DNA of 64,000 bases from Pedobacter sp. (GCA_025351765.1 JANXVH010000170.1:65993-129992), one strand, 5' to 3'; positions 32,087 to 42,256 are shown, counted from the stretch's first letter. Made by a program: numbers and translations. The notes: generated from the letters alone by a model not told the origin.

Positions 32087-33070
32087 ATGAACAAATTAAA
32101 ACATATAGCGGTACTAACATCCGGAGGGGATGCTCCAGGAATGAACGCTGCAATAAGAGCCGTAGTGAGGGCGGCGATTTACTACGATTTACAGGTTACC
32201 GGAATTTTAAGGGGGTATGAAGGCCTTATTAATGGGGATTTCATTGAGATGGAAAGAAAATCTGTTGCAAATATCATTCAAAGAGGCGGAACAATCTTAA
32301 AAACAGCTAGAAGTGATGCTTTCAGAACTAAAGAAGGTAGAAATCAAGCATACAATCAATTAAAATCCAATGATATTGATGCTCTTGTAGTAATAGGAGG
32401 AGACGGAACATTTACCGGGGCAAATCTGTTTTCCGAAGAATTCAACTATCCTATAGTTGGTTTACCGGGCACGATTGATAATGATCTTGAAGGAACAGAT
32501 TTTACTATAGGTTATGATACTGCAATAAATACCGTAATCAATGCGGTTGATAAAATAAGAGACACAGCAGAGTCTCACGATAGACTGTTTATAGTTGAAG
32601 TTATGGGTCGTGATTCCGGACTTATTGCTTTAAGAAGTGGAATAGGCGTAGGGGCGGAAGCTATTATGATACCAGAAGCTAACATGGGTGTTGAAGGTCT
32701 TGTAACTAGATTGGAGAGCGGCCGTAAAGATAAATCATCAAAAATTATCATTGTGGCCGAGGGAGATGAAGTTGGTGGGGCGTTTAATGTTGGTGAGGTC
32801 TTGAAACAAAGGTTTCCTTTATATGATATTAGGATCTCTGTTCTAGGGCATATTCAACGAGGCGGGAAACCTAGTTGTATGGATAGAGTTTTAGCTAGTA
32901 GATTAGGCGTTTCTGCAGTTGAGGGCCTGCTTAACGGACAGTCTCGTGACATGGTCGGCTTAAAAAATGGGGAGATCGTTTTCACACCATTTGATCATGC
33001 AATCAAGCATATTGACGCAAAAGAGATAACTCCGGCATGGTTAAAATTAGTAGAGATACTCTCCTTATAA
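32087..33070 (+). CDS. pfkA: ATP-dependent 6-phosphofructokinase
   Basis: TSGGDAPGMN, GGDGT, PGTIDND, EVMGR, GHIQRGG. Confidence 0.97.
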   Translation: MNKLKHIAVLTSGGDAPGMNAAIRAVVRAAIYYDLQVTGILRGYEGLINGDFIEMERKSVANIIQRGGTILKTARSDAFRTKEGRNQAYNQLKSNDIDALVVIGGDGTFTGANLFSEEFNYPIVGLPGTIDNDLEGTDFTIGYDTAINTVINAVDKIRDTAESHDRLFIVEVMGRDSGLIALRSGIGVGAEAIMIPEANMGVEGLVTRLESGRKDKSSKIIIVAEGDEVGGAFNVGEVLKQRFPLYDIRISVLGHIQRGGKPSCMDRVLASRLGVSAVEGLLNGQSRDMVGLKNGEIVFTPFDHAIKHIDAKEITPAWLKLVEILSL

Positions 33071-33583
33071 AAGTTTATCTAAAACCTCACTCCAGGTATT
33101 AACCCTTTCGTAGTCGTTCAAAAGCAAGTTATGGGGTGAGGTAAATAGCAGTTTGCGGCCGCTAATGCCCACAAAGTTCTTAGCCCTGTCATCAATAATC
33201 ACATCTACATTTACAATTTTGTCGCCACAGAACATAATGTTCCTCCAACCGATAAATGGGAAATGTTCGGCTAGCCAATCCAGTTTGTCCTCAAGAGAGT
33301 TCCTGAACTCCATAGCTGCCGACACTATATATATCTCATGCTTTTCCTGAAGTTTTTTAACGGCTTCAACACTCCCATCAATGACAGGCAGATCTCTAAA
33401 AAATCCTTTTTCATTAATATACTCGAACCACTTATTGTTGATGTGTTCTGGAACATGGTGATAGAATTCTTTTCCAGGCTCCATGGCTAGGTTTAAAGGC
33501 ACACCATAATCCCTGTTGTAAAGTTGAATAAACTTGTGTATTGGGTCGGCCAATACCTCATCCATGTCGATTGCAATTCTCAT
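33065..33583 (-). CDS. 5'(3')-deoxyribonucleotidase (HAD, NT5C-like)
   Basis: IAIDMDEVLAD, KLDWLAEHFPF, IIDDR, PHN. Confidence 0.9.
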   Translation of the reverse strand: MRIAIDMDEVLADPIHKFIQLYNRDYGVPLNLAMEPGKEFYHHVPEHINNKWFEYINEKGFFRDLPVIDGSVEAVKKLQEKHEIYIVSAAMEFRNSLEDKLDWLAEHFPFIGWRNIMFCGDKIVNVDVIIDDRAKNFVGISGRKLLFTSPHNLLLNDYERVNTWSEVLDKLL

Positions 33584-33705
33584 TTAAAAAATTATTATAG
33601 CAAACACCGTTGTGTCGCCAGATTTAAGGTTGTCAAATATCCCGTTTTAAGTCGCGAGTTATGTTAAATGAATTTAAAATTATTGCATATCATTAGGAAT
33701 TTACT

Positions 33706-33769
33706 TACTTTTGCATCCCCGCAAGCATGCAGCTCCGGGAACTATGTTGAATACATAAATAGAAAAACA
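33706..33769 (+). promoter_or_regulatory. -7 element TACTTTTG plus structured rpsP 5' leader
   Basis: TAnnTTTG at 33706-33713; GC-rich leader with CCCG/CGGG and AGCAT/ATGTT complementary pairs. Confidence 0.5.
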
Positions 33770-34318
33770 ATGGCAACTAAAATCAGATTGCAAAGATTCG
33801 GTAAAAAAGGCAAGCCTTTTTTCCACGTAGTGGTAGCGGATTCCCGTTCACCAAGAGATGGTAAATTTATTGAGCGGTTAGGGTCTTATAATCCAAACAC
33901 CAATCCTGCTACTATTGAACTTAACTTTGATAAAACTTTAGACTGGGTAAACAAAGGTGCTGAACCTACGGATACTTGTCGCGCTATTCTTTCTTACAAA
34001 GGTATTTTGTATAAGAAACACTTAGAAGGTGGTATTAAAAAGGGAGCTTTAACAGCTGATCAGGCAGACGCTAAATTTGCTGAGTGGTTAGGCGCTAAAG
34101 ACAGCAAAATTGAGGGCAAAAAAGACAATTTAACTAAATCTAAGGATGACGTTAAAAAGGCTGCATTAGTAGCTGAAACTAAGAAAAATGCTGACCGTGC
34201 TGCTGCTCTAGCTATCAAAAATGCACCAGTTGAAGAAGTTGTAGAAGAAGCTCCTATAGCGGAAGAAACATCAGAAGAAGCTCCTGCAGTAGAAGCTTCA
34301 GAGGAAGAAAAAGCGTAA
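33770..34318 (+). CDS. rpsP: 30S ribosomal protein S16 with Bacteroidota C-terminal extension (start MATKI at 33770)
   Basis: KIRLQRFGKKGKPFF, DSRSPRDGKFIE, GAEPTDT; acidic E/A/P tail. Confidence 0.97.
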   Translation: MATKIRLQRFGKKGKPFFHVVVADSRSPRDGKFIERLGSYNPNTNPATIELNFDKTLDWVNKGAEPTDTCRAILSYKGILYKKHLEGGIKKGALTADQADAKFAEWLGAKDSKIEGKKDNLTKSKDDVKKAALVAETKKNADRAAALAIKNAPVEEVVEEAPIAEETSEEAPAVEASEEEKA

Positions 34319-34338
34319 TACTTTTATTATTCTAAATT

Positions 34339-34383
34339 ATAGCGAAGATTTATTCATCAGAACAAATCTTCGCTATTTTTTTT
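34339..34383 (+). terminator. Intrinsic terminator/attenuator between rpsP and rimM
   Basis: ATAGCGAAGATTT-12nt-AAATCTTCGCTAT followed by a T-run. Confidence 0.8.
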
Positions 34384-34405
34384 ATGCGGTTTAATTAAAT
34401 CAACT

Positions 34406-34933
34406 TTGACACAAGAAGAATCATTTTACATCGGTTACATTACTAAAACAAAGGGGTTAAAAGGGGAGGTACAGTTGTACTTCGAGTACGACGAACCAGA
34501 GTTGTTGGATCTTGATGTCGTTTTTGCAGAGATTAGCGGTAAAATGGTACCTTTTTTTGTGTCTTCTTACAAACTCCAAACCAATAGTACGGGCAACTTC
34601 TACTTTGATGATGTTGATCACATCGACAAAGCCCAGGTACTTGTAAAAAAGAAAATCTATTTACCATTGGATAAAATGCCAGATCGTTCTGAAGATGAGT
34701 TCCATTACAATGATCTAAAAGGATTTATTGTTTTAGACGAGACTCATGGTGAATTAGGAGAAGTAATAGCGGTTAATGAATACCCCCAACAGTTTGTGGC
34801 TACTGTAATGTATAAGAATAAAGAAATCATGTTTCCTTTAAACGAAGATATGATTGTGGAGATTGATGAAGAGGAAGAAACTATACTTGTTGATCTTCCT
34901 GAGGGCTTACTGGATATTTATCTAAATCCTTAA
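34406..34933 (+). CDS. rimM: ribosome maturation factor RimM
   Basis: [31 protein letters not shown]; synteny with rpsP and trmD. Confidence 0.95.
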   Translation: MTQEESFYIGYITKTKGLKGEVQLYFEYDEPELLDLDVVFAEISGKMVPFFVSSYKLQTNSTGNFYFDDVDHIDKAQVLVKKKIYLPLDKMPDRSEDEFHYNDLKGFIVLDETHGELGEVIAVNEYPQQFVATVMYKNKEIMFPLNEDMIVEIDEEEETILVDLPEGLLDIYLNP

Positions 34934-34944
34934 TATTTTTATTT

Positions 34945-35622
34945 ATGCGTTTTGATATTATAACCGTTTTGCCTGCGCTTCTGGAAAGTCCCTTTGCGCA
35001 TTCTATCCTGCAGCGGGCACAAAATAAAGGGATAGCTGAAATCGTAGTTCATAGTTTACGTGATTATGCCAGTAATAAACAAAAAAGTGTAGACGATTAT
35101 CCCTATGGCGGCGGAAGCGGCATGGTCATGTCTATTGAGCCCTTTGCAAAATGCATTGAATTGTTAAAATCACAGCGTGAATATGATGATGTAATCTTTA
35201 TGAGTCCAGATGGAGTTACCTTCAATCAGACAGCCGCAAATGAGTTGTCTGGCCTAAAAAACATTATGGTGTTGTGTGGGCATTACAAAGGGATAGATCA
35301 GCGGATAAGAGACCTATATGTTACAAGAGAGATATCCATAGGAGATTATGTGCTGTCAGGCGGTGAGCTTCCTGCCGCAGTTATTGTAGATGCTATCATA
35401 AGGCTTATACCCGGCGTTTTAAATGACGAGACATCTGCTTTGTCAGATAGTTTCCAGGGGGAGCTTTTAGACGCCCCTGTTTACACCAGGCCTGCCGACT
35501 GGAAAGGTAACAAAGTGCCAGATGTTTTGTTAAGCGGGCATGAGGCTAAAATAAACGAATGGCGACATGAGCAGGCATTGCTACGTACGCAAGCCCGCAG
35601 GCCTGATTTGTTGGAAGATTAA
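34945..35622 (+). CDS. trmD: tRNA (guanine37-N1)-methyltransferase
   Basis: [43 protein letters not shown]. Confidence 0.97.
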   Translation: MRFDIITVLPALLESPFAHSILQRAQNKGIAEIVVHSLRDYASNKQKSVDDYPYGGGSGMVMSIEPFAKCIELLKSQREYDDVIFMSPDGVTFNQTAANELSGLKNIMVLCGHYKGIDQRIRDLYVTREISIGDYVLSGGELPAAVIVDAIIRLIPGVLNDETSALSDSFQGELLDAPVYTRPADWKGNKVPDVLLSGHEAKINEWRHEQALLRTQARRPDLLED

Positions 35623-35786
35623 ATATTACCCAATAAACCAGTCATTTTCCCCATTAAAGGCAGTAAATCTGTGGAAATAATAAAGATTGTGGAAAAAAAT
35701 AGAATAGACTTTTATTTATAAAATAAAATTCCTAATATTGCAGTCCGATTTTAAACAACAAAAAGTCGGCTTAATAGCTTAAAATC

Positions 35787-36134
35787 ATGGATTTAGTAAA
35801 ATTTGTTGAAGAGCAGGTAATCGCAAAAAATGAGTTTCCTGCATTCAAATCAGGAGATACAGTGAGTGTTCACTATAAGATTCGCGAAGGTAATAAAGAG
35901 CGTATCCAAATTTACCAAGGTGTAGTATTGCAACGTAATAGCGTTGGTGCTAACGAAACGTTTACCGTTCGTAAGATGTCTAATGGCATAGGGGTTGAAC
36001 GTATTTTCCCAATCAACTCTCCAAATATCGCAAAGGTAGAGGTACATAGCCATGGTAAAGTTCGCAGATCAAAATTATTCTATCTGCGTGAGCTTACTGG
36101 TAAAGCAGCACGTATCAAATCTAAGAGAGTATAA
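35787..36134 (+). CDS. rplS: 50S ribosomal protein L19
   Basis: [38 protein letters not shown]. Confidence 0.98.
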   Translation: MDLVKFVEEQVIAKNEFPAFKSGDTVSVHYKIREGNKERIQIYQGVVLQRNSVGANETFTVRKMSNGIGVERIFPINSPNIAKVEVHSHGKVRRSKLFYLRELTGKAARIKSKRV

Positions 36135-36155
36135 TCTTTTAGTGAATCATATACC

Positions 36156-36187
36156 AACCTTCCCGAATCAATCGGGGAGGTTTTTTT
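36156..36187 (+). terminator. Intrinsic terminator after rplS
   Basis: AACCTTCCCGA-5nt-TCGGGGAGG followed by T7. Confidence 0.85.
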
Positions 36188-36218
36188 ATTTGTGAAATTT
36201 TAAGCTTTAACACGCAAC

Positions 36219-37334
36219 ATGAACGATAAATTCTTTGAGCAAATATTCTGGGGAAATACAATTAAGGAATATTGCCTGTTTGCGGCAATCATATTGCTTG
36301 GGCTACTTTTCAAGCGAATTATTTCACGCGCGCTGAGCTCGCTACTTTTCAGGCTCTTCAGAAACTTCGCCGAAGATGTAGAAGATGGAGAGTTTGTTTC
36401 CCTGCTCTTAAAGCCAATAGAGTTATTTATCCAGCTGTTTACGTACTATACAGCAGTTAATCAACTTAAGCACCCTCTTGATGTAAGAGTGTTTAGTAAT
36501 GCAGCGCAAATCCATAAAACTAAATTACCGGTTGAAGTTTATCTTGGACAGGTTATAGATAAAGTATTTCTCTTTCTTATCATTCTTTCTATATTCTGGA
36601 TCGTCCTGAGGATCATAGACTTTGTAGCACACGTGTTAACATACAAAGCCACTATTACAGAAAATAAGGCAGACGATCAATTGGTTCCTTTCCTTAAAGA
36701 ATTAACTAAAACCATCACATGTTTTATTGGCTTTTTTGTGCTTTTAGGTTACGTGTTTGAAATTAATGTACTTACACTAATAACCGGGCTGGGCATTGGA
36801 GGTCTCGCTGTAGCACTGGCAGCAAAAGAGAGCCTTGAAAATCTGATTGGATCATTTACCATCTTCCTTGATAAACCATTCACGGTGGGGGATGTGGTAA
36901 AGGTAGACGGCATTGAAGGAACGATAGATAAGGTGGGCTTTAGAAGTACAAAGATCATTAGTCCTGATAAAACAACCATTATTATACCGAACCGGGCGAT
37001 GATTGATGGTGTGCTTGAAAACGTTACAAGGCGTAATTATCAAAGAATCATTTTTATGATAGGGTTAAGCTATGCAACCCAGCAAGAAACAGTAAAAGCA
37101 ATTGTAAATGAAATTACAAATCTCTTAAAGGAACACCCGAAAATACAAGATGGATCTGCAAGGTTTGAAGCCTTTGGCGAATCCTCATTAAACATCCAGA
37201 TCATCTATATGGTGCCAAATGAAAACGCAGCTATTCCCGCAGAAATCAAAGAGGAAATCAACTATAAAATTATAGGTATAGTGCAAGCGAACGGAGCAGA
37301 TTTTGCTATAAAGCCAACTCTGCTAAAATCGTAA
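36219..37334 (+). CDS. small-conductance mechanosensitive channel family protein
   Basis: GLGIGGLAVALAAKE, DKPFTVGD, GFRST, IPN. Confidence 0.92.
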   Translation: MNDKFFEQIFWGNTIKEYCLFAAIILLGLLFKRIISRALSSLLFRLFRNFAEDVEDGEFVSLLLKPIELFIQLFTYYTAVNQLKHPLDVRVFSNAAQIHKTKLPVEVYLGQVIDKVFLFLIILSIFWIVLRIIDFVAHVLTYKATITENKADDQLVPFLKELTKTITCFIGFFVLLGYVFEINVLTLITGLGIGGLAVALAAKESLENLIGSFTIFLDKPFTVGDVVKVDGIEGTIDKVGFRSTKIISPDKTTIIIPNRAMIDGVLENVTRRNYQRIIFMIGLSYATQQETVKAIVNEITNLLKEHPKIQDGSARFEAFGESSLNIQIIYMVPNENAAIPAEIKEEINYKIIGIVQANGADFAIKPTLLKS

Positions 37335-37968
37335 TACCCCCCTTTACAACCTGATTAAGTTCCAGGTTTACTTTTGTTCCAATTGGCAGATAGATGTCTA
37401 CTCGGGAGCCAAATTTTATAAAGCCGAATTCTTTGCTTTGCTCAACAATATCTCCTTCTTTAACGTACCATACTATCCTTCTTGCAAGTGCTCCTGCAAT
37501 TTGTCTGAATAGTATAGGAGTGCCATTATCATGTTCTACCACAACGGTTGTACGTTCATTTTCAGTAGATGACTTAGGGTTCCAGGCGGCTAAGTATTTA
37601 CCTGGGTGGTATTTGAAAAACTTTACAACTCCAGAGATGGGGTTTCTATTTATGTGTACATTAACCGGCGACATAAAGATAGATACCTGCAACCTCTTGT
37701 CTTTAAAATATTCTCCTTCTTCAGTTTCTTCAATCACAACAACTTTACCATCTGCCGGGCAAATCACCAGGTTATTCCCCGATGTAAAAGAACGTGAAGG
37801 GTTCCTGAAAAACTGAAGCACAATAAGAAAAAGCGAAATAGAGAATAGGTAAACTAACCACCGCAGCCAGGTTATATCTGCAAACCTGTAATCTATAATT
37901 GCATTGAGAACAAATATAAAAAGCAATGAAACTGCAATAGTGGTGTAACCTTCCTTGTGTATGGTCAT
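37306..37968 (-). CDS. psd: phosphatidylserine decarboxylase proenzyme
   Basis: FFRNP, PADGKV, IFMSPVNVH, NER, KFGSRVD autocleavage site. Confidence 0.95.
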   Translation of the reverse strand: MTIHKEGYTTIAVSLLFIFVLNAIIDYRFADITWLRWLVYLFSISLFLIVLQFFRNPSRSFTSGNNLVICPADGKVVVIEETEEGEYFKDKRLQVSIFMSPVNVHINRNPISGVVKFFKYHPGKYLAAWNPKSSTENERTTVVVEHDNGTPILFRQIAGALARRIVWYVKEGDIVEQSKEFGFIKFGSRVDIYLPIGTKVNLELNQVVKGGITILAELAL

Positions 37969-38026
37969 TTTTTAGAGTTATGTAAACATTGCAAAATTGT
38001 GAAAAATATTTGGATAAAACGGCCAC

Positions 38027-38572
38027 TTAGCTAACAGTTTTGGCCCTGTAAATATCTTTTAGATTTCTACCAAGGCCATTATAGTCTAGCCCATAGCCTA
38101 CAACAAACTCATTAGCAATCTCAAAGCCCACATATTCCAGCTCTTCAATTGGAGCTTTCAAAGCCTTGGGCTTTAAAAGTAAAGAGCAAACCTTTACCGA
38201 GGCAGGTTCTTGTTTTTTGATCTCAGCAATGATGTAATCCAAAGTAAAACCAGTGTCAACAATATCTTCAACAATAATTATGTCCCGTTCAAATAGATCT
38301 GTCGGCAGCCCAAAAGCTTGTTTAATTTTACCGGAGCTCTCTGCCCCTTCATAAGACGAGACCTTAATAAAGCCAACCTCACAAGAAACAGTAATCTCCT
38401 TTAAAAGGTCTGCCATAAACAAAAAACTTCCATTAAGGACACCAATAAAAATAGGGCAACGGTTTTCATAATCTACATTTAACTGAATACCAATTAATCG
38501 TGTTCGCTTGCAAATGTTGTCGTTTTCCAACAAAATCTCAAACGCTTTATCCTCTATTTGAATGGTGTTCAT
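38027..38572 (-). CDS. hpt: hypoxanthine phosphoribosyltransferase (start MNTIQ at 38572)
   Basis: GVLNGSFLFMADL, IVEDIVDTGFT PRPP loop, FVVGYGLDY. Confidence 0.93.
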   Translation of the reverse strand: MNTIQIEDKAFEILLENDNICKRTRLIGIQLNVDYENRCPIFIGVLNGSFLFMADLLKEITVSCEVGFIKVSSYEGAESSGKIKQAFGLPTDLFERDIIIVEDIVDTGFTLDYIIAEIKKQEPASVKVCSLLLKPKALKAPIEELEYVGFEIANEFVVGYGLDYNGLGRNLKDIYRAKTVS

Positions 38573-38573
38573 G

Positions 38574-40733
38574 CTATCCGTTTTCCTTAGTTGGTTTTTC
38601 CAATTCTTTCTTCTTTTTCTTCTGGTCTCTCTTCTCTTGTCGCAGCTGTTTTTTTGTCTTAACCGTATCTGCCTGTGGCAATGATTGCTTGGCTGTACTG
38701 TCTGGCTTAGACCCAAAAAGACGATCGAACAGATTTTTAGACTGATCCTGGGTTTCTACCGTTGGTAGCGGATCTTCACTGTCCAATGCATTGGTGTCTA
38801 TCGCAACCGAATCCGGTAACAGGTACTGCCTTAAGCCTTCCCTAAGTCTTACATTATAAAACCCATATCCACTCGTGTCTGGTGGTGTAAGGCCTCTTCT
38901 GGCCATAATGTTTCCAATGTACTGGAAGTATTTGTACATGTAATCTTTTAACCCCCCCCCTCCTGTAAATTTATACAAAGCAGCTTTTGGTCGGGGCACT
39001 ATATTGGCCAAAAATATACCTTCTCCAATATTCAATTCAGCAGGTTTTTTACCGAAATAGTGTCGTGTAGCTTCTCCAATACCATAAACATTTTGCCCCA
39101 TTTCAATAATGTTGAAGTATACTTCCAGCATCCTGTTCTTACTAATTAACCGATTGTTTTCAATTAACCATACAATAAGAATTTCTTCTGCTTTACGGGC
39201 AAGTGTTTTCTTCCTGCTTAAAAAAACGTTTTTAACCAATTGCATGGAGATGGTACTTCCTCCACGTACAAATTTCTTTTCTTTAAAGTTTACGGCAAAA
39301 GACTTACGAATGGATTCCAGCACAAATCCTTTATGGGAAAAAAATGAAGGATCTTCTGATGTCAAAATGGCATTTTTGAAATTACTTGATACTTCAGAAA
39401 GGGGAGTATAGTTTGGATTTGAGGGCCCAATAGTAATATTCCGCATCGGTTTTCCATACTCGTAAGGGGTGTATACAAAAGGCTCGTTTATCTTTTGAAG
39501 GTTGGTCTTTCCCCACTTTACAATTTTAAAGTTGTAGGGCGTAAGTCTAGAATCAAACTTAACGCTATCTGGTCGAGAACTATCCAGGTAAAAGTTCAGG
39601 GCATATTTTACTTTTCCACCTACTTTTAAACCTTCCAGCGATTCAAATAAGCCCTGTGGAAAAGCATTCAGTATTTCCTGCGCATCCTGCTCAAGGGCAT
39701 TAATTTTAACCTCGTAAATCTTATTCGGACTTAATGTGTATTTAAGATAAGGATGAATCTCTGCCTTTTTCAAAAACACAGTTGATGTGCTATCAAGTGC
39801 CACATAGTTTGGCCCAACTAACAAATCTGCTTCTATCCTTGCTTCAGAAACAACAATGTCATTTCCTGCAATTTTAGCGTGGTTTATCAACAGGTTTTTA
39901 ACAGACCATGATCCTTCTATCTTATAATCATCTCCATTATAACCAGCGCCTTTTAAAACAGTTCTTATGGTATCAAAACTAAGCTTTGCGTGCAATTTAT
40001 TGTTCAAGTAAGGCAATTCAACTTTTTTGTTGTCTGCAAACATCATAACGTCAAAGTGTTTGCTTCCTGCACGTACTTCACCGTCAAAATGCCAGGTAGC
40101 TTCAGTGTCATTCACTTTAATGATAGATTTAAGCAGCCCACTCTTTATTGTTGCCGTTGTAGCAAGAAAAGAAAGTTTTGCGGTATCATTGTCATTAACC
40201 GCCAGGATCAGGTTTTTGATTTCCATATCATCCGGCACCTTGTAAAGAATCTGGTTCAGTAGGTTGCTGGCAATTTTAGAGAGCTCTATCTTAGACTTAT
40301 CCGTATTGTCCTTCTTTTTTCGCTTTAATATAAAATCGATATTACTTATAGAATCCCTAAATACAAGACTGATCTTACCGTCGTTTAAGGTCATCTCAGA
40401 GAGCTTTACATTTCCAAAAAGCAGCGGAAACAATTTTACACCGATAGTAAGATCTGCTATATGGCTTAAAGTATCACGGTCCTTTGGCACCACAGAAATA
40501 TTGGTCATATGTACAGTACTTAGCCCGCTAAATCCTGCCTCGCCAATGTTCACTTCCAGGGCGTAATCTTTGTCCGCTTTTTTAATGGCCTTGGCAATCA
40601 TTGTTCTAAGCAAAGCCTCTCTTTTGCCATAGGCGATAGTGCCTGCTATTGCAGTGAAAAGGATTATTATCCCTAAAACCCATGCACCTATTTTCAGGTA
40701 CTTTTTAGGGATGGTAATTTTTGGAAGGCGCAT
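38574..40733 (-). CDS. GT51 peptidoglycan transglycosylase with long N-terminal beta-rich region, no transpeptidase
   Basis: EDPSFFSHKG, GGSTISMQLVKN, RKAEE, LEVYFN; single N-terminal TM. Confidence 0.85.
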   Translation of the reverse strand: MRLPKITIPKKYLKIGAWVLGIIILFTAIAGTIAYGKREALLRTMIAKAIKKADKDYALEVNIGEAGFSGLSTVHMTNISVVPKDRDTLSHIADLTIGVKLFPLLFGNVKLSEMTLNDGKISLVFRDSISNIDFILKRKKKDNTDKSKIELSKIASNLLNQILYKVPDDMEIKNLILAVNDNDTAKLSFLATTATIKSGLLKSIIKVNDTEATWHFDGEVRAGSKHFDVMMFADNKKVELPYLNNKLHAKLSFDTIRTVLKGAGYNGDDYKIEGSWSVKNLLINHAKIAGNDIVVSEARIEADLLVGPNYVALDSTSTVFLKKAEIHPYLKYTLSPNKIYEVKINALEQDAQEILNAFPQGLFESLEGLKVGGKVKYALNFYLDSSRPDSVKFDSRLTPYNFKIVKWGKTNLQKINEPFVYTPYEYGKPMRNITIGPSNPNYTPLSEVSSNFKNAILTSEDPSFFSHKGFVLESIRKSFAVNFKEKKFVRGGSTISMQLVKNVFLSRKKTLARKAEEILIVWLIENNRLISKNRMLEVYFNIIEMGQNVYGIGEATRHYFGKKPAELNIGEGIFLANIVPRPKAALYKFTGGGGLKDYMYKYFQYIGNIMARRGLTPPDTSGYGFYNVRLREGLRQYLLPDSVAIDTNALDSEDPLPTVETQDQSKNLFDRLFGSKPDSTAKQSLPQADTVKTKKQLRQEKRDQKKKKKELEKPTKENG

Positions 40734-40847
40734 GTTGTAAATTAAGTGTTTAATGCTAAACGTTCAATACAAACTAAAAGTTTATTTGCGATAAAATTAC
40801 AATAAAATGGGGCATATAAAATTAAATAAGGGCTAAATTTGCGGTTA

Positions 40848-41915
40848 ATGATGATAAGTCCAGAACAAGTGCTTTCCGCGCTAAGGAACGTAGAAGACCC
40901 GGATCTAAAGAAAGACCTGGTTACCCTTAACATGATCAAGGATCTTAATATTGAAGGTAATAATGTTAGTTTCACGCTAGAGTTAACTACCCCGGCATGT
41001 CCTATGAAAGACATGCTAAAAAACGCCTGCAACAACGCTGTAAAGCATTTTGTAAGTAAAGATGCTGTGGTCAACATTAATGTAACCTCAAGAGTTACCA
41101 AACCAATGGATACTACTCAACTTAAAGATATCAGAAATATTATCCTCGTTTCTTCAGGGAAAGGCGGTGTCGGTAAATCTACTGTTGCAAGCAACCTGGC
41201 GGTAACGCTTGCGGCCGAGGGGGCTAAAGTCGGACTAATAGACGCAGACATCTATGGCCCTTCTGTACCAACCATGTTTGCTCTGGTTGGTGCCAAGCCA
41301 TCTGCCAGGGAAACCGAAGACGGCAAAACATTAATCTTGCCAATTGAGAAATATGGTATCAAACTATTATCACTTGGCTTCTTTGCAGATCCAGATCAGC
41401 CTGTGCCGTGGCGCGGACCAATGGCTTCCAATGCCGTAAAACAATTGTTTAATGATGCCGATTGGGGAGAACTGGATTATCTAATTGTAGATCTTCCACC
41501 TGGAACCGGCGATATACATATCACCATTACACAAAGCTTTCCTATAGCAGGCGCTGTAATCGTAACAACACCACAGCAAGTGGCATTGGCCGATACCCGT
41601 AAAGGACTGGCAATGTTTAAAATGCCCGGGATCAATATCCCTGTTTTGGGCGTTATTGAAAACATGTCCTATTTTACCCCGGCAGAACTTCCAGAAAACA
41701 AATACTACCTTTTTGGTAAAGACGGAGGTAAGCAGCTTGCTACATCCTTTGATGTGCCTTTCCTTGGAGAGATCCCACTAGTACAAGGCATTTCTGAAGG
41801 AGGCGATAGCGGCTCTCCAATAGCGTTAAGCAAAGAGAATTTACTTAGTAAAACGTTTTCAGAAATTGCTGGAAGAGTAGCACAGCAGATCGCGATAAAC
41901 AATGCAATCACCTAA
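40848..41915 (+). CDS. mrp: Mrp/NBP35 (ApbC) Fe-S carrier ATPase
   Basis: DUF59 N-terminus (TTPACP), GKGGVGKST, DADIYGPS, WRGP, DLPPGTGD, ENMS. Confidence 0.93.
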   Translation: MMISPEQVLSALRNVEDPDLKKDLVTLNMIKDLNIEGNNVSFTLELTTPACPMKDMLKNACNNAVKHFVSKDAVVNINVTSRVTKPMDTTQLKDIRNIILVSSGKGGVGKSTVASNLAVTLAAEGAKVGLIDADIYGPSVPTMFALVGAKPSARETEDGKTLILPIEKYGIKLLSLGFFADPDQPVPWRGPMASNAVKQLFNDADWGELDYLIVDLPPGTGDIHITITQSFPIAGAVIVTTPQQVALADTRKGLAMFKMPGINIPVLGVIENMSYFTPAELPENKYYLFGKDGGKQLATSFDVPFLGEIPLVQGISEGGDSGSPIALSKENLLSKTFSEIAGRVAQQIAINNAIT

Positions 41916-41956
41916 TTGATAAAATTTTACTATTTTTATACTCTAATATAAAACCA

Positions 41957-42202
41957 ATGAATTTAACAGAACAAGTAGAGCAGGCATTGGAAAGTATCCG
42001 CCCATATTTATTAGCCGATGGGGGTGATGTTGCCATAGAGGAAATTACGGAGGATAATGTAGTTAAATTGAAATTGTTGGGAAACTGCGGATCTTGCAAA
42101 ATGAGTTTCATGACCATGAAAGCAGGAATTGAACAAGCCATCGTGAAAGCTGTACCCCAAATTACGTCTGTTGTAGCCATAAACCTAGCCGAACCAGTTT
42201 AA
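41957..42202 (+). CDS. NifU/NfuA-type Fe-S scaffold
   Basis: IRPYLLADGGDV, GNCGSC. Confidence 0.93.
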   Translation: MNLTEQVEQALESIRPYLLADGGDVAIEEITEDNVVKLKLLGNCGSCKMSFMTMKAGIEQAIVKAVPQITSVVAINLAEPV

Positions 42203-42256
42203 CCATTTTAACACAATTTAACTAGTCGTGTTGTTTAATACAGGTAAATTTGTATA

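Noticed and set aside
33668..33769. 34-aa N-terminal extension on S16
   Set aside because: Spans the -7 promoter element; the conserved start is MATKI at 33770
38573..38716. Basic 48-aa N-terminal extension on hpt
   Set aside because: Alternative frame of the transglycosylase 3' end; the ATG at 38572 fits the family length
40742..41101. 119-aa minus-strand ORF
   Set aside because: Mostly antisense to mrp and runs through its promoter; no motifs
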